Part shown: positions 9,572 through 18,683 of the stretch, piece by piece | Layout: each line of letters starts with the position of its first letter | Position numbering within the stretch: position 1 is the stretch's first letter | Origin: a phage | Direction: 5' to 3' (one strand) | Sequence record: PZ151149.1 | DNA length: 64,000 nucleotides | Program-made: the position numbers and the translations under genes | The notes under the pieces: generated by a model | Database searches by the model: none | Seen by the model: only the letters and a program-made list of their open reading frames with translations | What the model was told of the DNA's origin: nothing

Positions 9572-9763
9572 TCACTTATCGTTAAGAAGTTCTAAAACTT
9601 TCTGTCGTACTTTGTCAATATTAGTTGATTCAAAAACTGTACGGTATCCCCAGCTTTGACCGTATGATCGCGAGCAATCCCCATATCCCCATTGTTCAAC
9701 CTGATAGTATTCAAGGAATGGGTGTTGCCGAACTATGATACCATCGCGATTAAAAATTACCAT
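9572..9763 (-). CDS. hypothetical protein
   Basis: 63 aa ORF. Confidence 0.4.
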   Translation of the reverse strand: MVIFNRDGIIVRQHPFLEYYQVEQWGYGDCSRSYGQSWGYRTVFESTNIDKVRQKVLELLNDK

Positions 9764-9786
9764 AATATAATCCTCACGTCAACAAA

Positions 9787-10065
9787 CTATTTTCGGTTAT
9801 ACTTCTGCCACTTTCGGTAATACTGCTTGTAATATTGTTTAATGTTTGGTGGTTCGTCACTATACATGTTATCGACCATCATGTCAATAAGACCTTCCGG
9901 TGTTTGATAATTACCCGCTCTGATAAGTTCTTTAATCAAAAGATCTTGTGGTTCTTTGTATTTGACAATAACAACTGTCGTTTCTGCCTTTCCAATTCCG
10001 ATCCTGTCGTTAGCTCTCATCGCGTCCCACCAGTCTTTTGTAATCTTCATGTTATTGAATTGCAT
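9787..10065 (-). CDS. hypothetical protein
   Basis: 92 aa ORF. Confidence 0.5.
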   Translation of the reverse strand: MQFNNMKITKDWWDAMRANDRIGIGKAETTVVIVKYKEPQDLLIKELIRAGNYQTPEGLIDMMVDNMYSDEPPNIKQYYKQYYRKWQKYNRK

Positions 10066-10068
10066 AAT

Positions 10069-10869
10069 TTAACCCTTCTTATATTCGCAAACATATTGAG
10101 TACCATAATCATAGCTAATGCGGCCTTTCTCGATGACCTCAAAGCGGATTTCATCGTTTTCCCCTACCCACATTTTGTACTCGTTGAAGTATCCTGCTAC
10201 ATCCGGTTTGCTCATACCAACAACCATATTTTTATATTGTTTGCTGCGTGTCAGATTTGATTTAAACACTTCGCGCTCATCAACATATACGAAAGAAGAC
10301 AATTCACCTTCGGTCATGGTCATTTTCAGCTTGCCGCCCTTGTTACCATAAGTAGAGTTGCCATACAATGGATCTTTGCGGCTGTCTGTTTCAATACCAT
10401 CAATGATTTTCCATGTAAATTTTGCAATGCACTGATAAGTGATAGATCCAGAGATTTTCTCTTCTTTCTTCTGTTCTTCCACCACTTTTTCTTCCTGTTT
10501 CGGTTGTTCTTCTTCAACCTTCGCAGAAGTCTCTGAATCGCTTTCTGACTCGGTTTCTTCTTTAGGTAATACATTCATCAAGTTTTGGATTTGAGCGTTG
10601 TATACAGCCTCCAGTGGCTGAATCTGCCCGATATTGATCATTGTATCACGAACAGTTTTATTCCAGTTGCGTTGCTCTTGTTTCAGAGACGGATCAATCT
10701 TAACAGCTTGAACATATACTTCATGAAGTTTAGAATCCAGTGCGGAGATAGACTCATTAGCACAAATAAACTTCTCTGATTTGGTAGTGGCTTTAGCGCA
10801 ATCAAAGGACGCAGCGTTAGCACCGAAAGCAGTAGCAGAAAGAACGATAGCAGCGATAATGTTTTTCAT
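10069..10869 (-). CDS. secreted protein with DUF1311 / LprI-like N-terminal domain
   Basis: 266 aa; signal peptide MKNIIAAIVLSATAFGANA; FDCAKA...EKFICAN...LDSKL...VY...QRNW pattern typical of DUF1311; acidic E/K linker; separate C-terminal domain. Confidence 0.7.
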   Translation of the reverse strand: MKNIIAAIVLSATAFGANAASFDCAKATTKSEKFICANESISALDSKLHEVYVQAVKIDPSLKQEQRNWNKTVRDTMINIGQIQPLEAVYNAQIQNLMNVLPKEETESESDSETSAKVEEEQPKQEEKVVEEQKKEEKISGSITYQCIAKFTWKIIDGIETDSRKDPLYGNSTYGNKGGKLKMTMTEGELSSFVYVDEREVFKSNLTRSKQYKNMVVGMSKPDVAGYFNEYKMWVGENDEIRFEVIEKGRISYDYGTQYVCEYKKG

Positions 10870-10894
10870 AATATATTCCTCAATGTTTTTCTTG

Positions 10895-10933
10895 ATGGGA
10901 GTATCTTACTACTCCCTTAATCCGGTGTCAACT
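10895..10933 (-). promoter_or_regulatory. early promoter with stem-loop (PeSL-like cassette)
   Basis: Minus strand TTGACA, 17-nt spacer, TAAGAT; inverted repeat GGGAGTA/TACTCCC flanks the -10; ~20 nt upstream of the ATG at 10869. Confidence 0.6.
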
Positions 10934-10938
10934 ACTTT

Positions 10939-11151
10939 TTAATTTTTACCCGCTCGTGCATTAATACGCATTTTCTGCATAGCCATGATCTGGTTTACTG
11001 CTTCTTCTTTACGTTCTTGCGTGATAACGTGACCAGATTCCGCAAACTCTCCAGAGACCTCTTCCACGATCTCGCGAACTTGAGAACGTCCAAAGATGCG
11101 GTTTCCTTCGTAGCTCATAAACTCTGTTACTACTTGCTCGATAGATTTCAT
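10939..11151 (-). CDS. hypothetical protein
   Basis: 70 aa ORF behind a PeSL-like cassette and AGGAGAATCA SD. Confidence 0.5.
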   Translation of the reverse strand: MKSIEQVVTEFMSYEGNRIFGRSQVREIVEEVSGEFAESGHVITQERKEEAVNQIMAMQKMRINARAGKN

Positions 11152-11172
11152 GTGATTCTCCTTTCGTTTGGT

Positions 11173-11211
11173 ATGGGAGTATCTTACTACTCCCGTTTCT
11201 TTACGTCAACT
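11173..11211 (-). promoter_or_regulatory. early promoter with stem-loop (PeSL-like cassette)
   Basis: GTTGAC -35, GGGAGTA...TACTCCC hairpin around the -10, then AGGAGAATCAC SD and ATG. Confidence 0.6.
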
Positions 11212-11216
11212 GGTTT

Positions 11217-11717
11217 TTAGAAATTTTTCGCTTCTTCTTCGGTCATCATAACCGCGCATTCGTGCATAACTTTGAAAACCGGATCAATCATGTCGAATGC
11301 TTCGCGAGACAGTTTACGAGAAGCGATTTTGATTGCTTCAACGTCTTCTACTACAGGAACAAAAACAGTTTTCAGTTCATCGAGCACGGCAGCTTCTTTT
11401 TCATTCAGGAAGATTCCAGCGTCGTACAGTGCAACTTCGATAACATTAACTTTAACCATTTTTATTTCCTCCAGTTCGTTTCGGTATGGGAGTATAATAC
11501 TACCGATGACCTTTGGCGTCAACTGCTTTTTATTATTTTCGTGAAAATTTTTCGTTGCCTCTAGGTTCTTTTCGACCTTCATCCATTCCGCGTATTCTTG
11601 CGCGGCTACTTTCGGATTTAGTCCGTCTTCGTACATTGCTTCAAGTAATTCTTCGTCGGTGGGCTTATACCCTAAATAAGCCTCCACCTGATTTTTCCAA
11701 ATTTTATACCAGTTCAT
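11217..11717 (-). CDS. hypothetical protein; may be two genes, with a second start at 11459
   Basis: Single open frame, but a complete PeSL-like promoter and a GGAGGAAATAAAA-ATG start (11459) lie inside it in frame; first ATG at 11717 has a GGTGA SD. Confidence 0.45.
   Translation of the reverse strand: MNWYKIWKNQVEAYLGYKPTDEELLEAMYEDGLNPKVAAQEYAEWMKVEKNLEATKNFHENNKKQLTPKVIGSIILPYRNELEEIKMVKVNVIEVALYDAGIFLNEKEAAVLDELKTVFVPVVEDVEAIKIASRKLSREAFDMIDPVFKVMHECAVMMTEEEAKNF
11480..11523 (-). promoter_or_regulatory. early promoter with stem-loop, embedded in the ORF
   Basis: TTGACG, 17 nt, TATTAT; stem CGGTA/TACCG; followed by strong SD and ATG at 11459. Confidence 0.55.
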
Positions 11718-11721
11718 ATTA

Positions 11722-11994
11722 TCACCAATCAAGAGCGCGTGTCTCTGCGTCTTCCCATGCTTGATTCATAACAGCATTGAAAACATATTCTAAAGTATCA
11801 TCTTTAGAGAATCCGAAGATTTTAGACGGAATATCTTCAATTGCTACTCCCGCAACTTCTGCATTACGTGCTTGGCAATAATGCAACTCTAAGTTATCGA
11901 GATAGCGACCGCCTAATTTCTCCATATCATCCCAGCATTTCCAGTAACCTACTTTATTTGCAATTGCTAACACTTTGCTGTTTTCGTTGCTCAT
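11722..11994 (-). CDS. hypothetical protein
   Basis: 90 aa; AGGAGAATCAAAG SD; PeSL-like cassette upstream. Confidence 0.5.
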   Translation of the reverse strand: MSNENSKVLAIANKVGYWKCWDDMEKLGGRYLDNLELHYCQARNAEVAGVAIEDIPSKIFGFSKDDTLEYVFNAVMNQAWEDAETRALDW

Positions 11995-12014
11995 CTTTGA
12001 TTCTCCTGTTGTTT

Positions 12015-12057
12015 CGGTATGGGAGTATTATGCGGTGCTGGATTATGGAAGTCAACA
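12015..12057 (-). promoter_or_regulatory. early promoter (PeSL-like)
   Basis: GTTGAC, ~18-nt spacer, CATAAT, then ACTCCCATAC and SD; A-tract upstream. Confidence 0.6.
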
Positions 12058-12061
12058 ACTT

Positions 12062-12095
12062 TTTAAAATAAAAAGCCGACCACAAGGATCGGCTT
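12062..12095 (-). terminator. rho-independent terminator
   Basis: Minus strand AAGCCGA-tccttgtgg-TCGGCTT then TTTATTTT; same stem as the plus-strand terminator at 1133. Confidence 0.6.
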
Positions 12096-12104
12096 AATAA
12101 TCAG

Positions 12105-12500
12105 TTACTTACTAAATTTCTTTTTGGCTTCGTCTACTGCATGAGATGCTAGTACCGCTGCCGCATGTGCACTTTTATCTGTGTTGCAGAGAACACCCAG
12201 ATAAACATCACGCCAAAGTTTAATCATCTCATAGATCATATCAATATCATTTTCTTGTTTGTTGGTGATGCTATTCGTTGTTATCTGGTAAGGTAACGGC
12301 TTAATCTGTACTGGTTCCGCCATCGGGCTACTCGGTTTCGGATCAGTCATAATAGGTGCTGTTGTGTGTGGTGTTTTCCATACGCCATTATTCCACGGTT
12401 TAATCGTTGTATCGTAAAGTTTATAAGGATTTTTGTCTGGGTCAACCATCCATGCATGATGAGTACCCAAACCATTTGAAGTGATGCGTCGTTCAGTCAT
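12105..12500 (-). CDS. hypothetical protein
   Basis: 131 aa ORF. Confidence 0.5.
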   Translation of the reverse strand: MTERRITSNGLGTHHAWMVDPDKNPYKLYDTTIKPWNNGVWKTPHTTAPIMTDPKPSSPMAEPVQIKPLPYQITTNSITNKQENDIDMIYEMIKLWRDVYLGVLCNTDKSAHAAAVLASHAVDEAKKKFSK

Positions 12501-12503
12501 AAT

Positions 12504-12707
12504 TTATTTCCTCTCTGAAAATTCTTTCATCAAGCTGTCGATCTTTGCTCTGTGTTCTGGCGTGTTTGTCATCTCTGCTAATTTACTCAGAGATTCACTG
12601 GTGATCCGGTTGGATTCTTCCAGTGTTTCAACGACAATTGGCACAATCTTTTTATTGTTGTACAGAAATGCAATATAACCGCCTTCTGGATATTCTTTCA
12701 TAATCAA
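12504..12707 (-). CDS. hypothetical protein
   Basis: 67 aa ORF; its start overlaps the gp52 stop. Confidence 0.45.
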   Translation of the reverse strand: MIMKEYPEGGYIAFLYNNKKIVPIVVETLEESNRITSESLSKLAEMTNTPEHRAKIDSLMKEFSERK

Positions 12708-14065
12708 CCCTTCTTAAGTTCTTTAAGATCTTTCTTATATTCCTTCATTGCGGTCGTCTTTGTCCAATACTCATATTCACTATGATGTTTATCGGCATCT
12801 TTGACCAGTCGATCATACTCTTCTTGAGTAACGCTATACAATGGCATAGAAACTAGCTTATCGGCGTATGGACGCAGTTTTTCATGTCCATTGATGGATT
12901 GCATTACCTCGGCCTTTTTCTTTCCCTGTAGCTCGATTTCGCCCTTAATTACGCGATCGATAAATTCGGCTTTAGCCATTGCATAATTGTATGCTTCCAG
13001 CGTTTCCGCTTGCATCAATTCAATGCGTTTATCGACATACCCTAATCGGATTTCGACGAATCGACGGATCAGATCGCTCGCTTTCTCGAATACTTCTACT
13101 AAACCACGTTCGTTAACTACTACGATATTCTGGGCTACTAACTGCGTTAGTTTAAAATCCTTCATTATTTGCTCATGTCGAGCGGATTCATCTTCGCTTT
13201 TGAAATAATCGCGTTTCAGTGTTACTTCAAATCTGAATCCGTCCTTAGAGCAACGATCATTATATGAGACAATCAGATCTTTTTCTTCCAGTGCATCCAG
13301 TACCGCTACATATTCTTCACGGTCGAACTTATAAGGAACTTCTGATATTGTCAGTTTAGTCTTGCCGTTTAGTTCATATGTACCCTCAAGAATCACACCA
13401 TCGCGATCATCTCGCGGGATAACTTTACCAGTGAATTTTGGGAATTGAACACTAGGTTCTTTATCCAGTTTTCCGGCAAGTGCTAGCTCTGTGCATTCAA
13501 TAAGGCTTTCCAGTGAATGCGGTAAAATGTCAGTTTTATACCCTGTAGCAATACCACTAATACCATTAGCCAATACCATTGGCACAACCGGCAAGTAGAA
13601 CGCTGGCGGGATGTGTTCCAGATCTTCGTGCTTAGGTGCGCAATTCATATCTTTATAGATTTTAAAGAAGTTTTCATGCACACGAGCAAAGATATAACGT
13701 GCCGCACCTGCTTTCTGGACTAAACGCGATCCGAAGTTACCTTGACCGTCAAGCAGTGGAGTATTATTGCTCCATGTATTCGCCATGAGTGATCCGGCTT
13801 CTACGGCATTAGTTTCCCCGTGGTGATAACCCAACTCAGCGACACCAGATCCAATATCTGCCATCTTACGGAATTTCTTACGGTCGCCTTTACTCTTTTG
13901 CAAAGCACATTCCATAACAAAGCGTTGCACTGGTTTAAGTCCATCCACCAATTGAGGAATCCCGCGTTCCTCGGCAGAATAGATCGCATATTCCTTAGCT
14001 TCATTATGTACAATGCTTTCAAGGCTACGGTAAGTAACTGATTTATTCATCTTCACCTCATACAC
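12704..14065 (-). CDS. 52: DNA topoisomerase II medium subunit (GyrA-like)
   Basis: 453 aa; active-site region GAARYIF and GLKPVQRF block as in T4 gp52 (442 aa). Confidence 0.9.
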   Translation of the reverse strand: MYEVKMNKSVTYRSLESIVHNEAKEYAIYSAEERGIPQLVDGLKPVQRFVMECALQKSKGDRKKFRKMADIGSGVAELGYHHGETNAVEAGSLMANTWSNNTPLLDGQGNFGSRLVQKAGAARYIFARVHENFFKIYKDMNCAPKHEDLEHIPPAFYLPVVPMVLANGISGIATGYKTDILPHSLESLIECTELALAGKLDKEPSVQFPKFTGKVIPRDDRDGVILEGTYELNGKTKLTISEVPYKFDREEYVAVLDALEEKDLIVSYNDRCSKDGFRFEVTLKRDYFKSEDESARHEQIMKDFKLTQLVAQNIVVVNERGLVEVFEKASDLIRRFVEIRLGYVDKRIELMQAETLEAYNYAMAKAEFIDRVIKGEIELQGKKKAEVMQSINGHEKLRPYADKLVSMPLYSVTQEEYDRLVKDADKHHSEYEYWTKTTAMKEYKKDLKELKKG

Positions 14066-14420
14066 GCTTACAAATCACATTCTTTACTTTATCAGATTTA
14101 TCAGCCCAATCCAATAGCCATTTTAACGGAAGGATTGAAACAATAAACGGGGCAGCAATCAAAGCAAACATGATACACCGGATAATCAGGAAAGCGCAAG
14201 TAACAAAGCTAGCGATCGTGATCCCGACAAAACAAAATACCATAGAAAACAGAGTAATGATATAGAAAGGCCAGAATACCCACTCCCGCATCTTAACGCC
14301 TTTGTATTCTCTGAATTGCTTAAAATCTACAAACAACTCTCGGATAGACGCATACAGGACCGAAAAATCATCTTTCATTGCTCTGAATGAGCAATCTTCT
14401 ATTTTAGAATGACCTAGCAT
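14058..14420 (-). CDS. hypothetical membrane protein
   Basis: 120 aa with long hydrophobic segments. Confidence 0.5.
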   Translation of the reverse strand: MLGHSKIEDCSFRAMKDDFSVLYASIRELFVDFKQFREYKGVKMREWVFWPFYIITLFSMVFCFVGITIASFVTCAFLIIRCIMFALIAAPFIVSILPLKWLLDWADKSDKVKNVICKRV

Positions 14421-14422
14421 TA

Positions 14423-14716
14423 TTAACCGCCTTTCATCATTGATACTGGAATTGTTTTCTGATTTGTGTATAATTGTCCTACTTCAATTTTTTCTTGAAT
14501 CACCACGACGTTACAATATCCACTGTCTTTAAGTTTTCTGATAATGACTCGCTTTTGTTCGTCGGTGATAGGATTGACTGTTCTCACCAATTCACCGCAA
14601 ATAATAGCACCATCTTTACAATTACCAGTAACTTTCATGCTACGACCGTGAACAACAACCACATCACCGTAAATCACATTTTCGTCGTCGTATTTGGTAA
14701 TAACCGTGACCGTCAT
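14423..14716 (-). CDS. hypothetical protein
   Basis: 97 aa ORF. Confidence 0.5.
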   Translation of the reverse strand: MTVTVITKYDDENVIYGDVVVVHGRSMKVTGNCKDGAIICGELVRTVNPITDEQKRVIIRKLKDSGYCNVVVIQEKIEVGQLYTNQKTIPVSMMKGG

Positions 14717-14736
14717 AATATATTCCCTCTAAGAAA

Positions 14737-14753
14737 GGCCGCGCAAAGCGGCC
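14737..14753 (-). terminator. intergenic hairpin (possible terminator or attenuator)
   Basis: GGCCGC-gcaaa-GCGGCC after the stop at 14762; weak T-run. Confidence 0.35.
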
Positions 14754-14761
14754 TATGTTGA

Positions 14762-15085
14762 TTATTGTTCTACAGTATAACCGTTGTTTTCAAGCCATGC
14801 AATAACAATCTTTTCGCCAATTTCATCGAGCATTTCATCAGCGCCATATTCTTTAATGAAAGTCGATGGATCATTATTGCTTACTACATGCTGAATAACA
14901 ACATGTTCAGGGATTGCATCTAACAGTTCATCATGGTCATACTCGTTAGCAATATCTTCAACGGTAACATTATTAGCCAGATCCACCTCGTCTAAAGTCA
15001 CCGTAACGCGTCGAGTTGGATATGATCCCTGTTCTACTTCAACCTGTGCACTTTCGCAAGTAACCTTCATATCAATCATAATCAA
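14762..15085 (-). CDS. hypothetical highly acidic protein
   Basis: 107 aa, strongly D/E-rich. Confidence 0.5.
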   Translation of the reverse strand: MIMIDMKVTCESAQVEVEQGSYPTRRVTVTLDEVDLANNVTVEDIANEYDHDELLDAIPEHVVIQHVVSNNDPSTFIKEYGADEMLDEIGEKIVIAWLENNGYTVEQ

Positions 15086-15093
15086 TTCCTCTG

Positions 15094-16086
15094 TTAGTAA
15101 TGGCTAAAACCTTCGGTTACATCTTCAACCACATAGTAACGATGACAGCGCATTTTAGCATTCGCATAATCTTTCGGGATACTTACAACGTGACGCGGAT
15201 CAACTTTGCATTTAATGATTCGGCCTCGTCCACCGCCATAGTGCGGAATGTAGTGTTTCGCTGCAACGTGGAGGCCATTAGAGCAAGTGCGATCATCATC
15301 TGGGTCCACGTCTTTACGTTTCATTTTAACCGTGCGCCCTGGGCTATTATCAAATGTATGCGTAAAGAAATCTTTATAATCAACATCAACACGTTTCCAT
15401 GCATAGAAACAACCATCTTCCCCGATCTCAATGTCGTTGTGCTCTAAGAAGTCAAACAGACGATCTACCGCCTTACGGCTAGGGTTTTTCTTGCACTTCT
15501 CAAAGAAGTTCAGATAGTGCGTATATGGCTTATTCTCTTTAATCGATTCCACAACTCGGCGAGTCAGATTATTATCAAGAACAATATTATGATAATACAC
15601 AATACCATTTTCGATACGGAAAGCGCCGTGATAATATACTTCAACCGCTTTCTTAATGTCAATCAGCGTAATAGCTTTGATGAAATCATTATGTTTAATC
15701 GCTTCCAGTGCTTCATTAAAGTTAACATGCGACGGATCAGCAGTATAAACAATGTCACCACATGTAATAGTAATAAACTTAGTTGAGGCTATTGCTACGA
15801 TTTTTGAGGAAGTAGTCACGGGCTTTTTTGCGCGTTCACCGCCTTTTCCTTTACTGGTTTTACGGCGTGCTTTACGTTTTTCTAGTGCCTTGCGACCTTC
15901 CGCTACTGCGTCTTTCTGAATCAGTAATACACGGGAGGCAGTGCGACGAGATACACCAAATGCTGCCGCAAGTGCTTCGCGGGTAGTAAACTTACCTTCG
16001 CCCCACTGTTTAGCCAGTTTGATTTGTTTTTCAGAATCCAGGCATTGAACGTTACGGTCAGAGACGGTGATTTTTGCTTTAGTCAT
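15094..16086 (-). CDS. rIIB: rIIB protein
   Basis: Blocks QKAV.RLFDFL, DIEI.EDG.FYAWK, HTFDNSPG, DDD.TCS.GLHV, VHPR.VVSIP.DYNDAKMR match remembered T4 rIIB; start taken at second ATG (16086) with GAGGA SD. Confidence 0.85.
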   Translation of the reverse strand: MTKAKITVSDRNVQCLDSEKQIKLAKQWGEGKFTTREALAAAFGVSRRTASRVLLIQKDAVAEGRKALEKRKARRKTSKGKGGERAKKPVTTSSKIVAIASTKFITITCGDIVYTADPSHVNFNEALEAIKHNDFIKAITLIDIKKAVEVYYHGAFRIENGIVYYHNIVLDNNLTRRVVESIKENKPYTHYLNFFEKCKKNPSRKAVDRLFDFLEHNDIEIGEDGCFYAWKRVDVDYKDFFTHTFDNSPGRTVKMKRKDVDPDDDRTCSNGLHVAAKHYIPHYGGGRGRIIKCKVDPRHVVSIPKDYANAKMRCHRYYVVEDVTEGFSHY

Positions 16087-16148
16087 AGTATTCATTCCTC
16101 TATTAGTTGGGCGACTATCGCCGCCCGATTCACATCATTATACCAGAA

Positions 16149-16280
16149 TTATTTTGCTTCTACAACCTTGCGGATTGTGCGGTCTGATACATTATAGATT
16201 CGTGCCAGTTCGCCTTTAGTCAAGCCGCGAGCGTATTGTTTACGGATGGTTTCTTTCTGGATAGCGGTCAGTTTAGTCAT
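16149..16280 (-). CDS. small helix-turn-helix-like protein (43 aa), paralog of the rIIB N-terminus
   Basis: Not in ORF track (under 60 aa); AGAGGTGA SD; MTKLTAIQKETIRKQYARGLTKGELARIYNVSDRTIRKVVEAK resembles rIIB residues ~20-60. Confidence 0.5.
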   Translation of the reverse strand: MTKLTAIQKETIRKQYARGLTKGELARIYNVSDRTIRKVVEAK

Positions 16281-16291
16281 AATATCACCTC

Positions 16292-18400
16292 TTAAAATTT
16301 AACATTCTTAACCAGTTTCATAAAGTCTTGTGCGCGTTTGTCGTTATGCAGAATACGATACCAGTTATCTACAATATCATACAGTAACGGGCTATTCTCT
16401 TTAAACTTCGCACAAACTGCTTTAATTCGTTCGTTTGCTGCCGTGAATTTTTCATCACAGATCTTTTTAGTTTCTTCGTCCATAATCCAACGAGTACGAA
16501 GGAGTAACTTGGAAACCTCTTTATTATAATGACGACCGTACAGTCTGTCAATAAATTCTGGAACACAGCGTTCTAGTTCATCGTCATGAAACAACATAGT
16601 GATCACACCCAGATATTCGCCATACCCCAGATGATTGGTCTTAACCTTCTTAGCCAGACCAGCCAGCTTACCGCGAACAAATTCTAGCGCACATTCCAAT
16701 TGTTCGTCAACGAGATATTTTTGTGTCTCGTTACGGGTAATAATATACTTTGTTACCCCGAAGTAGTCAAGCGCCGTGTGTAATGTATTTTCACTATGGA
16801 TCGATTTACGACTACGGCTTTCGAATGCATCACCTACGCGGAACATGTGCAAGCCTGATAACTCGCGAATCTCTGCCGCTTTCATGTGATGGCTGGTTTT
16901 ATGCCAACTGTCACCAATCTTTTCCATGATATACACGTTAGGCAGCTTAGGAGTCGCTTCACGTTGTGTACGCTCGGTCTTCTCCGGTTTAACTGCTTTA
17001 GCACGCAGATCATCGGCCTCAGACACTTTAATCACGGTCATTTCAGAATCATCATAATACTGTTTGATGTACTCGAAAGTCTCCATATGTTTTTCGTTGC
17101 GCTGACGGAACACAAGTACCTTTTTATTGATTCCGTATTCCTGGACCATGCCGTTAAGAGTCAGTGCACGCAGTTTCGGTTTATCGGTATCATCAATTAC
17201 ACACAGAATATCTTCTTTATGCATCCATACAAAATGCGTAATGTTGTATTGACTGCTAACGAAAGCAGGGCGCAATTTACTGATTGTGTGACGAGTACGA
17301 CACAGAGTATACACCTGACCTTCTACGTCATTAGGCGAATCTTTACCCGCATTCACAAACTTATTATAGATTGCTACCGGATCATCCCATTGTCCGATCT
17401 TACCCATCTTGCTAATAATATTGCGTTGAGTCGATGAATACTCGCTCATAAATTGCGCAAGTTTACGCTCTGTTTTAATGTTGGCGATCTTTTCTTTAAC
17501 CTTTTCCAACATCATTTCATTGATTTCTGCAATGCGTTTTTCGATGTTCGCTTTAGTCTCAATTGACAAGTGAACTTCTTCACGCGATGGCATCAGGTCC
17601 AGATCACCCAACTCAAAATTAATGTAAATGGTCTGGCGCTGGCGGTTTACAGCTTCTAACCATGTTCCGCGAACATATTCATACGGGATCGGATACTGGA
17701 TCTTACCCATGATTGCATATACTACATAGGAATCGTTATCACGCCCATTACAAACATAATAATTATCAAAGCTAGGGAAATAATTAATTTCGATTGCATT
17801 GATATTAGGTTTGTGTTCCCCAAAATGACGCAGTACAAATTGCGCTTCTCGATGCCATGTCTGAATGTCTTTTTCTTTCACCGGAATAGTGATTTTCAGA
17901 CCATTGTCTTCATAGGTCGGTTCGTCGAAAATCTGCACCATTTTCGGCATAGAGTTTTGCACGAATGCAGTAAATCCATAAGCGCGACCATTGTAATAGT
18001 TTACGATTGTAAAGGTGTCGGTATAGCTATAAGCAGACTTCGCACCTAAACCAAAAGATCCGATATAGTCATTAGTCTGGTCTTTTGTTGATTCAAAGTA
18101 AACCGTAAACAGTTGTTCTAATTCTTTCTTAGACGGAATACCCGTACCATAATCACGCACAGAAAAATACGGTTCGATTGCAGTCGGTAAATGAATATCA
18201 AACGGACGGTCTAAGGTTCCGGCTTCTTTGTGAGTGTCGGTAGCATTGCACGAATACTCACGGACGCAAGCACGCTCACAATATTGATAGGTATTCTTAG
18301 AAAGCACCATAAAAGCCTTGCTACTTGCTTTCAGTGAAAAATCAACCGCACCGCTCAGATCACTACCAAATACTTCTTCATTATCGATATGCATTTTCAT
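16292..18400 (-). CDS. rIIA: rIIA protein
   Basis: 702 aa (T4 rIIA 725); N-terminal GHKL-type ATPase motif VRDYGTGIP; lies directly upstream of rIIB as in T4. Confidence 0.85.
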   Translation of the reverse strand: MKMHIDNEEVFGSDLSGAVDFSLKASSKAFMVLSKNTYQYCERACVREYSCNATDTHKEAGTLDRPFDIHLPTAIEPYFSVRDYGTGIPSKKELEQLFTVYFESTKDQTNDYIGSFGLGAKSAYSYTDTFTIVNYYNGRAYGFTAFVQNSMPKMVQIFDEPTYEDNGLKITIPVKEKDIQTWHREAQFVLRHFGEHKPNINAIEINYFPSFDNYYVCNGRDNDSYVVYAIMGKIQYPIPYEYVRGTWLEAVNRQRQTIYINFELGDLDLMPSREEVHLSIETKANIEKRIAEINEMMLEKVKEKIANIKTERKLAQFMSEYSSTQRNIISKMGKIGQWDDPVAIYNKFVNAGKDSPNDVEGQVYTLCRTRHTISKLRPAFVSSQYNITHFVWMHKEDILCVIDDTDKPKLRALTLNGMVQEYGINKKVLVFRQRNEKHMETFEYIKQYYDDSEMTVIKVSEADDLRAKAVKPEKTERTQREATPKLPNVYIMEKIGDSWHKTSHHMKAAEIRELSGLHMFRVGDAFESRSRKSIHSENTLHTALDYFGVTKYIITRNETQKYLVDEQLECALEFVRGKLAGLAKKVKTNHLGYGEYLGVITMLFHDDELERCVPEFIDRLYGRHYNKEVSKLLLRTRWIMDEETKKICDEKFTAANERIKAVCAKFKENSPLLYDIVDNWYRILHNDKRAQDFMKLVKNVKF

Positions 18401-18414
18401 AATATAATCCTCAA

Positions 18415-18672
18415 TTAACCTTCTACATCGCCTATGTCAGTTTCTGCGTAGATTACATACCACGCCCATAAATCAATAAACGCATTATATGTCACGGTGC
18501 AATCGTTGTCAATCACTTCTTTCGCATATTTCTTGATGTTTTCGTAGGAAACTTGCGAATCAATTTTGTGTTTCCGTAGGTGTGCATATTCATACCTCAA
18601 ACATTTCATAAACAGATCAATCGATTTCTTGTCTGTTCCCACCGAAGAAATATAATCAAACAATAGACTCAT
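18415..18672 (-). CDS. hypothetical protein
   Basis: 85 aa ORF. Confidence 0.5.
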   Translation of the reverse strand: MSLLFDYISSVGTDKKSIDLFMKCLRYEYAHLRKHKIDSQVSYENIKKYAKEVIDNDCTVTYNAFIDLWAWYVIYAETDIGDVEG

Positions 18673-18683
18673 TTTTCTACTCC

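Noticed and set aside
16886-17437. 183-aa plus-strand ORF
   Set aside because: Lies entirely antisense within rIIA; low-complexity translation and no SD; shadow ORF
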